A DNA stretch of 47,897 bases. Origin: an uncultured Mycoplasmatota bacterium (lineage in GTDB: Bacteria; Bacillota_I; Bacilli_A; RF39; UBA660). Under the pieces are notes generated by a model, which had not been told where the DNA came from, searched no databases, and worked only from the letters and a program-made list of their open reading frames with translations. Below, piece after piece: positions 36,783 through 45,989 of the stretch. The stretch lies in NCBI GenBank assembly GCA_900552975.1, contig UWSL01000001.1, forward strand, positions 1 to 47,897. The letters are read 5' to 3'. Positions within the stretch are counted from its first letter, which is position 1. Each line of letters opens with the position of its first letter. The position numbers were made by a program, and so were the translations under genes.

Positions 36783-37248
36783 TTTCTTTCATCCCCTTTT
36801 GTAATAAATAACTATAAAGGCCTTCACATCCCCTAACTATTTCTTTATAAGCAGTTTCAAAATCTCCAGTATACCAAGGATCCTCAATATCTTTAATATT
36901 ATCTGTATATTCTAACAATAAATGTACTTTATTTAAATAATCATTACCAATTATTCGGTTGACATCTTCCTTATTTTGCTCATCCATAACTATAATATAA
37001 TCATATAATTGATACTCATCTTTCTTCAGTTGTGCAGCTTTATGACTCTCACAAGTAACCCCTTTTTCTAATAATTTTTCTTTAGCTTGGGGATATATTC
37101 CATTACCTATTTCACAAATACTAGTTGCTCGTGAAGCACAACTAAACATATATCTCTTATTATTTTTATAAATCACATCTTTAAAAATCATTTCTGCCAT
37201 TGGACTACGACATATATTACCATAACAAACAAATAAAATATTATACAT
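36766..37248 (-). CDS. Low-molecular-weight protein phosphatase (LMW-PTP / YwlE-like)
   Basis: 160 aa with the P-loop CYGNICRSP and a DP loop (EDPWY). It overlaps the uvrC start by 17 nt. Confidence 0.8.
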   Translation of the reverse strand: MYNILFVCYGNICRSPMAEMIFKDVIYKNNKRYMFSCASRATSICEIGNGIYPQAKEKLLEKGVTCESHKAAQLKKDEYQLYDYIIVMDEQNKEDVNRIIGNDYLNKVHLLLEYTDNIKDIEDPWYTGDFETAYKEIVRGCEGLYSYLLQKGMKENGAEV

Positions 37249-37323
37249 AGTATCACCTCTCCAAATTATAACACATAAAATTATAATTCCAATTTATAAA
37301 AAATAACATAACTCAGAACATAC

Positions 37324-37355
37324 AAAAACCCCGTCTTTATATAACGAAAACGAGG
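37324..37355 (-). terminator. Terminator after the giant-protein pair
   Basis: On the minus strand, CCUCGU-15 nt loop-ACGGGG followed by U5. Confidence 0.45.
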
Positions 37356-37393
37356 CTTTTCCATAATTTCATCTTCAAAATTCAAAAAAAGGA

Positions 37394-37615
37394 TTATTTT
37401 TGAATTTTTTTTAAAATCAATTCATCACTTTCCATAGAATTTAATTTATTATGAACCATTTCTTTTAAGCATTCCGGTGAAACTTCATCAGTAAAAGAAT
37501 TTATATCACTTTCAATTAAATACTTAACATAACTTAAATTATCATTTTTATCATATTTTTTTACTACTTTTAAACCTTCTTGTAAAGAAAGTAATTTTTC
37601 TTTTTCTTCCATCAT
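37394..37615 (-). CDS. 73-aa acidic helical protein translationally coupled to the giant protein
   Basis: Its ATG overlaps the giant gene's TGA (ATGA at 37612-37615). No motif recognised. Confidence 0.6.
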   Translation of the reverse strand: MMEEKEKLLSLQEGLKVVKKYDKNDNLSYVKYLIESDINSFTDEVSPECLKEMVHNKLNSMESDELILKKIQK

Positions 37616-40600
37616 AATGTAACACCTTCACTTTTTTTCATTTCCTGTAATTGTTCCACATATTCTTTTATCTTTACAATTGCTATATCACGTCTTTTTA
37701 ATATTGCATCAAGTAAATCTTCACCATGTTGCTTAGCTAATTTATAAGCATAATCTTTAAAAATATTTTTATATTCTTCATCAGTTAACAAATTTACTTT
37801 TTCTATTGTATCTAAAATAACCGACAAATCAAGACTTACCTCACCTTTTTTATATCTATCAAACAAGATTTGATAAATAGGAATACGAGCCGTTCCATTA
37901 GGTGTATATGAAAAGTCAGGATTTAATGAATTAGGATCACTTATAAATCTAAATGACTGTTCTTTATCTATTCCTCGAACATTGTTATTAGCATCGACAA
38001 TAAAATTACCAACAAAACAGTCAAAATTACATAACAAGAAATCTACTACATATTCTCTTAATAAAGCATCCGTATAATGTTGCTCTAATTCTCCCCCATT
38101 TTGAACCCATTTTTCTAAAATATGAGCATTTTCATTACTAAAATCAATTAATTCTTGCTTTGATAATTTAATATTACCACCAAAACTCTCTACTTTAACA
38201 GCTGTTTCTGGGGAAAGAAATTCCTGTAATTTTGAAGCTGCTGCTTGTATTTCAGCCCTAAATGGTTGTGAAGCCAGTTTTTGTTTATCAACTGCTGGCT
38301 TTAGAAGATAATTTTTTTCACCTTCTTGATACTTATACATAATTCCAGATTCTCCCAATGCCGCTTCTTCTAACTTAATAATTTCCTCTTTCGCGAAAGT
38401 ATTCAAAGTTAACAAACTCTTTCTAAATATTTCAATCTTTTTCAGACTTTTTTTAGCAGTTGGCAAATCAACAATTATCAAATTGACCATCGCTTCCATT
38501 TCAATTAAAGATTTATATAATTCTTCAAAAGAAATTTCTTTATTACGATATTTTTCATTTAATATTTCTGTACAATCAGTAATTTTCTTTTCAATTGTAC
38601 TTATATCATGGCACACTTTTATTCCATCAAAGAAGATATCTTCCATCGCTTCTTTCGTTGGTTTTTCTTTAAACTCAGCCAACGCCTTATCTGCACGAGC
38701 TTTTTTTCTATCATCATAAGCTTTTACATTAAACTTAATTATTGGTATATCAACACCCAAAAATTCTGAAAAATATTTTGCAGCACGAATTGTCTCCTCA
38801 TTAGGTTTAGCACCGACACAAGCAAAAGCACAAGGCAACATTCCTTCTCTAAACCCAGCTACTTCGTTATATTCACCATTTTTATAACAACTACATTGAT
38901 TTAGACCATCAATTGTTGTAAAAGCATTTTTATCAGCTGTAGGTTCTATCTTATAGCCACCATGTTCAACAAATAAATCACGTCCATCCATAAATAATAA
39001 AAATTTTTCTGGTAAATTATTAAATAAATAAATCACTCCACATTCATTAGTATTATTCAAAAACCAAAATCCTTTATCAGAAATAGAAGAAGTAGATAAC
39101 GTTGAAGCACCCTCTAATTTAGTCCATAATGATGGATCTTGTTCTAACTTATTCTTAAAACCTTGCATACTTTTATCATAAGAATATATTCGATGAGCTA
39201 AGAAGTTAAATTTTTCACTATCCATTTCAATAATTGTGACTCCGTATGGATTATCAACAGCATCTTTTTCTAATCTTTTACTTTTAATATCAGTAATCTG
39301 CGTAAGATGAGCATTAAACTGATAATTATAAAGCATTCTCGTCTTAGCAATAATTTCTCTTACATCATTAGCAAAATCAATTACATTTCCATTTTTATTA
39401 ATAAATGTTGCCATCAATTCACGTAACTCAGTAACATTATGGGATTCAATAATTCTTTCCATTAAAGTAATAATACTTACATCTTTTTTATTATAAAAAC
39501 ATTTTTTAAAAATCTCCGATGCTTTCTCTAAACCATACTTTTCTATTATATCAGTTCTAATAGTCTTTAAATTTACATAATTATTTAATTGAAAATTATT
39601 AAATTCTTTTTCTAAATCATTATAATTTACATAACCAAATAATGTTGCTAAAGCATTTTTCAATTCTAAAACATTTTGTGCTTGTAACTTTTGTTGCCAA
39701 AATTCTTTTGTAACAACATCAAATCTTTTTAATTCATCTAATGTCTTTATTTGATAAATATTTTGCCCAACAATTATTTTCTTCAAATTTTCTAAATCAA
39801 TACTTGATATTTTTCCAGAGTTATCCAATACATCTAAAATTAATTCTTTTACTTCCTTAAAATTACGAAAAGCATAATGAACTTTTTTATCATCATTTTC
39901 AAAAATACCATATTCATTTATAAGATTATAATAATCTACTACTAATCTTTGATTATTACCTTTTATTTCATCACACAAAACTGCCGCAGCCGGTGTATTA
40001 TACTTAATAAGATCTTTAACAAAATCAACACCAAATAATGGATAAATATATTTTACAACATCGTAACTAAAGATTGGATTTTTCTCTAAAGTATTTAATT
40101 TACCAGTTGCTTTTAATATAATTGAAGCATTGGCTAAAACTTCTTGAATATCTTCTTTAAAGAAATCTATTCCAACCTTTGGTAAAAACATAACTATTTG
40201 TTTAAAATCAACGCACTCTAAATTTTCATTTTCAAAGTTAGTTACATTAGCAAATATTTCTTTTAACCTTACATCATTTTTATCTAAAACATCTTCATCC
40301 TTAATATTAGCTAATATATATGAAACAACATACTGACAATCTTTAAAATTAGTTACATCAAAGCTATCAAAATGAATCAATTTTAAAACTTTAGGCAAAG
40401 TCATATTTTCAAAAGCAATTTTAGTTAAATCCGTAACTTGACTATACATTTCCGCAGTAAAATACTCATCAGGAGCCATAAATAAAGCTGCCGGATTAGT
40501 TTTTAAAGCCGCAATAATAAGTTCTTCATCTAACTCTATTTTTTGCACAATCATGTCCAATAAATTACCATTTATTCCTAAAGCCTTTACTGCTAATTTA

Positions 40601-43600
40601 TGAAAATTAATATTTTCTACTGAAAAATCAAAAATCAAATTAACATTAACATCTAATAATTTATTGCATATATCAAAATCACTTTTTAAATTATCAGGTA
40701 AATACTCATAAACACATCCCATATTGTAATTAACTAACTTTAAAGCAGTCTCTTTATCTGTAACTAAATTTGGAATATAAGTAAATACAATCGGATACTT
40801 TAACAAATTAGCTTTAGCAAATTCAATTATTTTATTACTAGTATGATCAACATACTTAAAAACATTTTCATTGGCAGCTAAAGCTATTTCAAGTATTTCC
40901 AAATCATTTTGAAAATCTTTATTTAGTAAACTATAAACCCTAGATATTCGATCACTAGCAATATTAGTTATTAACCTTAAAACAAGATTCCTATCTTTTA
41001 AAATATCCGGAAAATAAATATACAACTCTGGATATTTATCAATATTATCTTTGGCAAATTGGTATAATTCATCATCATTAATATCAACATAGTCTATATA
41101 ATAGAAAGGAGCATCAGCAAAGTATCTTTTAGCTAGTTTTTTCTGCATCGTATCAGTTACAACTTTTTTATCAAAACTATTTAAAAGCCAACAAAATACC
41201 TCTTTTCTCTTTAATGAATCAATTGTATCTAAAATTTTTTCTATTTCAGTTAAACCTTCTTCTGTTTTAAGCAAACAATCAATTTGATAAAAAATTGCAA
41301 ATTCATCTTTAGTCGAAAATTTATAACTATTAAATCTATCAAAATCTATACCATAAGCATCTATTATCTTTAATACATTTTTATTAGTATTAAAAGTTAA
41401 TCTTTTAATACTATAACTTTCATAAAGAAAACTAATTATATCTCTTTGATAAATATCATCAATTAATTCTTTAAACAAATTATTAAATGGACTATCCTCA
41501 TTAATTATTAATCTATCTGCTAAGTACAATAATTTTTCCATTCCTAAATTAATTAAAATTTCCTTATCAATCATCTTATTATTTAATAAACCAACTCTAA
41601 TAATATTTGGATCAGAAATAAAAGAAAATTCATATCCCTTCAAAAGAGCATTATTAATAAATTCGTCAGATAAATAATTAGAACCAAAATCTATTATATT
41701 TGGATAAAAATCTAAAACTCCTTCCATAACTTCTTTTGTTATAAAACGTTTATCTAAATATTTTAATAATTCTGGGTTAACTTTAATAAGTTCAACTATA
41801 GAATTTGTTTCAATATCATTAAACAATGAAAATGCACATAATTCTGGATTCTTTTTAGCTAAAGCTTTTAATAAATCAAGATTTTTTCTTTTTTCTACAT
41901 CTAATAATTTAAATACATCAGGAGTATCTTCTATATATTTACAAAGTATTTCATTATCATTTAATATTTCTGGAAAAAAGATAACATATCTTGGATTATT
42001 ACCTAACCTGATTTTTAAATATTCTAATTCTTCCTTAGAAAAATTAATTTTCCTTAAATAAAGATTAAAATATCTATTTTCTAAGATCTGTTCTTCTGGG
42101 AAATATCCTCCAAGTAATGCTCTTTTTAAAACATCTTCTTCAATCTTATTACTATAGTAAGAAACAAAATTATAATGTCCTTTCATAACCATTTTTCTTA
42201 TGATATATAGTTTAACGTCAGAAGAAACACGATATGATTTAGCTAACTCTTCAATTTTTTCCAACGAAAGACTATTAAAAATTTTATCTAAAAAAATCTT
42301 ATTATCTAAAACTGAATCAATATCTATGATATTAAACATATTATAATCTTCTTTTGGTAACATTTTAATTAATATATTAAAATCTATATGAATCTTTTTC
42401 TGCAATTTTTTTATATTTTCAGCAGAATAACCATTCTTATACATAACAAAAAATAACTTTGTTGCGTCAATAAAATACATCGCATATTCTGTATCAATTA
42501 CATTAATTAAAGTATTAACAAGTTCTTCTTCATTTTCTTTAGTAGCAAATTTACTTATAACATTCCCATTAAAAACAGGATATTTTTTAAAATCTTCAAA
42601 AGTATAACTACTACTTAATAACTTCATTGCATTAGTATTTTCAATTTTTTTAAAACGCGTAAAAATTGTATAATTAGCATCATCAATATATTTGTCAATT
42701 AATAAAGTAACAAACTTACTATAATCAGCCAATTCTTCATTCGGTAAACCACCATTTAAAAAACTATAATATGAATCGACCAATTCATCTATTTTTTCTG
42801 AGTACATCACATTTGACAAATGTTTAATTCCACGTGAATCACCATGATTTAACATATACATAATTGTTTTTACATTCATATCAAACGAACCATCTATCAA
42901 AGAACATAACTCATCATATGACATACCACCTAATATAGCTTTTTCAATAAGATTGATATCTTTATTTTTACTTATTATCTCTTTCAAATAAGAAGAATTT
43001 CTATCTAGATATTTTTCCATTAAAACAGGTATATTTTTAATATTTTCCGGTAACTTTAAATATTCTTCATAAGTCAAATTATCTAGTCCCATTTTAGTAA
43101 GTGTATCTGAAGTTATGATAATAGAATTTTTATTTTTTTCATCCAAAACATCATAATGTCCTTCTTTAACAAATTTATATATCCAAGCTAAAGATAAAGA
43201 AAAATCACCAAAAACTTCTTTTGCATTTAAATATAATTCATAATTAACTTTATCATAATATTTATCAGCTAATTTATCACTATAGACTAATAATAGTGGT
43301 AAAAATTCCCCATTTTCTATAAATGCTTCAATTAAAATATCATTTTTTTCACTTTTGCTAAAATGTTTTTGAAAATCAACCGCTTTAAATCCTAGATCTA
43401 TTAATCTCTTAGCTACCGGTAAAGAAATATCCAATTTTCCATCATCAAAAAAAGTCCATTTATCATACAATATTCCTCTAAGTAACGCTGTTCGTGCTTC
43501 AGTAACAGGATGTCCTAAACTATAATACTCATCTAAATTAACTTTTCCTTCTTTTATCAAGCTATAAACGTACTCAAAGCTTTTCAAATTGATTAAAGTA

Positions 43601-44640
43601 TCAGGTAAATATTTAATTAATGAATAATCACCTTTTCCAGCTAAGTAATATATAAATTCAGGGGAATCAACGAGATTACTATAAGAATTTAATCTTTCTA
43701 GCGGAATTCCACTATTATCTATTATTTTAATAACTTCTTCATTAATTGCCCCACTTTTAGCATACATTAAAGCATCCATTTTACCTTCTTTCAAAAACTG
43801 TAAAAGAAGTGCTGAACTATTTTGATATGCTCCTCCATATAAAGAATAATCAGAATAAGAAAAATTAGCCATTTTAACTAATTCGTCTGACGGATTACTA
43901 GCAAAAATTAATGCTTTACTTCCACCTATTTCAATTAATCTTTTTACTACAGCATCATCATTTAAAATTGAAATTTCTTCACCAACAAAATAATTAGTAA
44001 CTATTAAATCAAAAAAAGCATTAAAATCGAAATTATCAAATTTACTAAGTTCAGTTAATATTTTTTTTAACTTTTCATTTTTCATATATGTATATGTACC
44101 AAAATATTTATCTAACCATTTATATTGACCTTTCGTAATTTCGGCAGCAATTAAATAAGGTGCAACATCAAATTTCCTGTTTAATATCGACTCTCTAAAT
44201 TCTGGATAATCATTATATAATTTTATCTGAACGTCATCAAGAAGATAATACTTTTCAACAATTGTTTTTAAAGAAATACCTTTACTAAAAAAATATTCTA
44301 AATCATTCACTTCAAAAGCAAATCCATCATTAAGCAATTTATCTTCATCTAAATAATATTGATCTAAAATTTTGCGATAAAAAGCATCCGAAACAAAAAA
44401 TTTAGTAAGTAGTAAAAACTCCATATTTTCTGAAACATTTAGTTTTTCAAAAAAAACTTTGTCATTTTTATATTTATCTAGAAAAGAAAAATATTTTAGA
44501 TGAATTTTTTCACGATAATTTTCAATTATTTTTGTAAAGTCATCAAATAATGAATCAATTTCTAATCCATACTCTTCTAAAATTTTTTTTACACTTTCTT
44601 CATCTAATAGTTCTAACATTTTCTTTATATCGTCTTGCAT
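37612..44640 (-). CDS. Giant (2342-aa) leaderless multidomain protein: helical repeat scaffold (DUF4116-like units), Cys-rich unassigned domain and C-terminal PI3/4-kinase-like atypical kinase core
   Basis: An uninterrupted 7 kb ORF with no signal peptide or TM helix visible. Repeats of the NPELLKYLD / NENVFKYVD / TNPAALFMAPDEY type lie at 40460-42003. The C-terminal region reads YLLKP...FRAEIQAAASKL...DFLLCNFDCFVGNFIVD...GIDKEQSF (37615-38355). Confidence 0.75.
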   Translation of the reverse strand: MQDDIKKMLELLDEESVKKILEEYGLEIDSLFDDFTKIIENYREKIHLKYFSFLDKYKNDKVFFEKLNVSENMEFLLLTKFFVSDAFYRKILDQYYLDEDKLLNDGFAFEVNDLEYFFSKGISLKTIVEKYYLLDDVQIKLYNDYPEFRESILNRKFDVAPYLIAAEITKGQYKWLDKYFGTYTYMKNEKLKKILTELSKFDNFDFNAFFDLIVTNYFVGEEISILNDDAVVKRLIEIGGSKALIFASNPSDELVKMANFSYSDYSLYGGAYQNSSALLLQFLKEGKMDALMYAKSGAINEEVIKIIDNSGIPLERLNSYSNLVDSPEFIYYLAGKGDYSLIKYLPDTLINLKSFEYVYSLIKEGKVNLDEYYSLGHPVTEARTALLRGILYDKWTFFDDGKLDISLPVAKRLIDLGFKAVDFQKHFSKSEKNDILIEAFIENGEFLPLLLVYSDKLADKYYDKVNYELYLNAKEVFGDFSLSLAWIYKFVKEGHYDVLDEKNKNSIIITSDTLTKMGLDNLTYEEYLKLPENIKNIPVLMEKYLDRNSSYLKEIISKNKDINLIEKAILGGMSYDELCSLIDGSFDMNVKTIMYMLNHGDSRGIKHLSNVMYSEKIDELVDSYYSFLNGGLPNEELADYSKFVTLLIDKYIDDANYTIFTRFKKIENTNAMKLLSSSYTFEDFKKYPVFNGNVISKFATKENEEELVNTLINVIDTEYAMYFIDATKLFFVMYKNGYSAENIKKLQKKIHIDFNILIKMLPKEDYNMFNIIDIDSVLDNKIFLDKIFNSLSLEKIEELAKSYRVSSDVKLYIIRKMVMKGHYNFVSYYSNKIEEDVLKRALLGGYFPEEQILENRYFNLYLRKINFSKEELEYLKIRLGNNPRYVIFFPEILNDNEILCKYIEDTPDVFKLLDVEKRKNLDLLKALAKKNPELCAFSLFNDIETNSIVELIKVNPELLKYLDKRFITKEVMEGVLDFYPNIIDFGSNYLSDEFINNALLKGYEFSFISDPNIIRVGLLNNKMIDKEILINLGMEKLLYLADRLIINEDSPFNNLFKELIDDIYQRDIISFLYESYSIKRLTFNTNKNVLKIIDAYGIDFDRFNSYKFSTKDEFAIFYQIDCLLKTEEGLTEIEKILDTIDSLKRKEVFCWLLNSFDKKVVTDTMQKKLAKRYFADAPFYYIDYVDINDDELYQFAKDNIDKYPELYIYFPDILKDRNLVLRLITNIASDRISRVYSLLNKDFQNDLEILEIALAANENVFKYVDHTSNKIIEFAKANLLKYPIVFTYIPNLVTDKETALKLVNYNMGCVYEYLPDNLKSDFDICNKLLDVNVNLIFDFSVENINFHKLAVKALGINGNLLDMIVQKIELDEELIIAALKTNPAALFMAPDEYFTAEMYSQVTDLTKIAFENMTLPKVLKLIHFDSFDVTNFKDCQYVVSYILANIKDEDVLDKNDVRLKEIFANVTNFENENLECVDFKQIVMFLPKVGIDFFKEDIQEVLANASIILKATGKLNTLEKNPIFSYDVVKYIYPLFGVDFVKDLIKYNTPAAAVLCDEIKGNNQRLVVDYYNLINEYGIFENDDKKVHYAFRNFKEVKELILDVLDNSGKISSIDLENLKKIIVGQNIYQIKTLDELKRFDVVTKEFWQQKLQAQNVLELKNALATLFGYVNYNDLEKEFNNFQLNNYVNLKTIRTDIIEKYGLEKASEIFKKCFYNKKDVSIITLMERIIESHNVTELRELMATFINKNGNVIDFANDVREIIAKTRMLYNYQFNAHLTQITDIKSKRLEKDAVDNPYGVTIIEMDSEKFNFLAHRIYSYDKSMQGFKNKLEQDPSLWTKLEGASTLSTSSISDKGFWFLNNTNECGVIYLFNNLPEKFLLFMDGRDLFVEHGGYKIEPTADKNAFTTIDGLNQCSCYKNGEYNEVAGFREGMLPCAFACVGAKPNEETIRAAKYFSEFLGVDIPIIKFNVKAYDDRKKARADKALAEFKEKPTKEAMEDIFFDGIKVCHDISTIEKKITDCTEILNEKYRNKEISFEELYKSLIEMEAMVNLIIVDLPTAKKSLKKIEIFRKSLLTLNTFAKEEIIKLEEAALGESGIMYKYQEGEKNYLLKPAVDKQKLASQPFRAEIQAAASKLQEFLSPETAVKVESFGGNIKLSKQELIDFSNENAHILEKWVQNGGELEQHYTDALLREYVVDFLLCNFDCFVGNFIVDANNNVRGIDKEQSFRFISDPNSLNPDFSYTPNGTARIPIYQILFDRYKKGEVSLDLSVILDTIEKVNLLTDEEYKNIFKDYAYKLAKQHGEDLLDAILKRRDIAIVKIKEYVEQLQEMKKSEGVTL

Positions 44641-44728
44641 AGTCTCAACTCCTATTATAACTAATTATATCATACAATATATAAACTCCAAAGTACCATA
44701 TGGTATAATAAATAAAAGAGGTGTCCTT

Positions 44729-45082
44729 ATGAAATTATTAAAAGAAGTAACTATTGAAATAAAAAAATCCAAGTTTATTGGTTTATGTTATGAAATATCA
44801 TCACCAGAAGAAGCGAAAAAAATCATCGAAGATTTAAAAAAAGAACATAAAAAAGCTCGGCATATTCCCTATGCTTACAAAGTTAATAACACAGCCAAAA
44901 AAACTGATGATAAAGAGCCATCTAACACAGCTGGATTACCTATATACAATATTTTGGAAAGAAAAAATTTAAGCAATCATTTAATTGCTGTTATAAGATA
45001 TTTTGGTGGCGTAAAACTTGGAGCTGGTGGCCTAACAAGAGCCTATAGCGAAGCTGCTAATGAAGCATCTAAAGACATTTAA
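44729..45082 (+). CDS. yigZ: IMPACT/YigZ-family protein, N-terminal (UPF0029) domain only
   Basis: 117 aa with DDKEPSNTAGLPI and RYFGGVKLGAGGLTRAY. It is shorter than the usual two-domain ~200-aa YigZ. Confidence 0.7.
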   Translation: MKLLKEVTIEIKKSKFIGLCYEISSPEEAKKIIEDLKKEHKKARHIPYAYKVNNTAKKTDDKEPSNTAGLPIYNILERKNLSNHLIAVIRYFGGVKLGAGGLTRAYSEAANEASKDI

Positions 45083-45115
45083 AATAAGAAATTTAGAAGT
45101 GATTTGAAGAAAATC

Positions 45116-45651
45116 TACACGAAATAAAAAGTGTGTAAATTTTTTGATGGCAAGAAAATATAGACATTTTACGAAAGAAAAAAATTAAAAAAGAAGGAGG
45201 ATAACGGAATGTTTCATTCTTTATTGCTGCATATAGTACTGAAATTTTAGTATCGTGTATTGGTAAATCACTAAATAATGATTTATAAAATACAATTTAA
45301 ATTTATTAAAAAATAGTGATTATAAATTAGATGATGTAATACACACTCAAATCGTGGATGATATATAAAAGTAAAATATATAATACAAAAACCGCTGAAG
45401 TGAATCTTATTCCAAGTATGTCGGCTCCTTATACCTGCACACATAATCCCTGAATAGAAACACTCAACGGTCAATTTAAAGATTTCATCAAGAACAATTA
45501 TCTCAAAAATCTTGATGAACTACAAATTGCCTTAAAACAATTTGTATACCATTGCATACTATATATAATAACGTAAAAATTAAGAATAAACTAAAAACTA
45601 CACCAATTAATTATCGATGTAGTCATGTTTAGAAGTTTTTTATTTCGTGTA
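45116..45651 (+). pseudogene. Decayed IS element scar (rve/DDE transposase C-terminal remnant, IS3-like) between 15-bp inverted repeats
   Basis: The inverted repeat is tacacgaaataaaaa (45116-45130) and its reverse complement (45637-45651). The plus-strand translation around 45320-45580 is broken by stops but reads ...VIHTQIVDDI*...SMSAPYTCTHNP*IETLNGQFKDFIKNNYLKNLDELQIALKQFVYH. This resembles the SMSrkGnc.DNa.iEsf.g.lK.E...el...i..yi tail of IS3-type transposases. Confidence 0.45.
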
Positions 45652-45687
45652 AAAATTTATTAAATCAATTCTCTTCTCTCTTTTTTA

Positions 45688-45981
45688 TTACGCTATCATA
45701 CTTTCCATTTCTTCTAAACTATGATACCCTACAACTTTTTTTACTTCTTTTCCATCTTTATAAATAATCATAGTGGGAACACTCATTATACCTAATTTTC
45801 TAGTTAATACTTCTAATTCATCAATATCAACTTTAAAAATTTTAATTTTACTACTTAGTTCTTCTAATACTGGTTCCATCATTCGACATGGACCACACCA
45901 TGTAGCTGAAAAATCAACAATTAAATTTCCTTCTTTTATTTCTTTTTCAAATTCTTCTTCACTTGTTATTTTTTTTATCAT
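45688..45981 (-). CDS. trxA: Thioredoxin
   Basis: 97 aa with the active site WCGPC. Confidence 0.9.
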   Translation of the reverse strand: MIKKITSEEEFEKEIKEGNLIVDFSATWCGPCRMMEPVLEELSSKIKIFKVDIDELEVLTRKLGIMSVPTMIIYKDGKEVKKVVGYHSLEEMESMIA

Positions 45982-45989
45982 TTCATCAC

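Noticed and set aside
45092-45636. The 9-bp direct repeat TTTAGAAGT (45092-45100 and 45628-45636) as a target-site duplication of the IS scar.
   Set aside because: The geometry is wrong. The right copy lies inside the right inverted repeat, and the left copy lies 15 bp outside the left one. In DNA this AT-rich, a 9-mer match can occur by chance.
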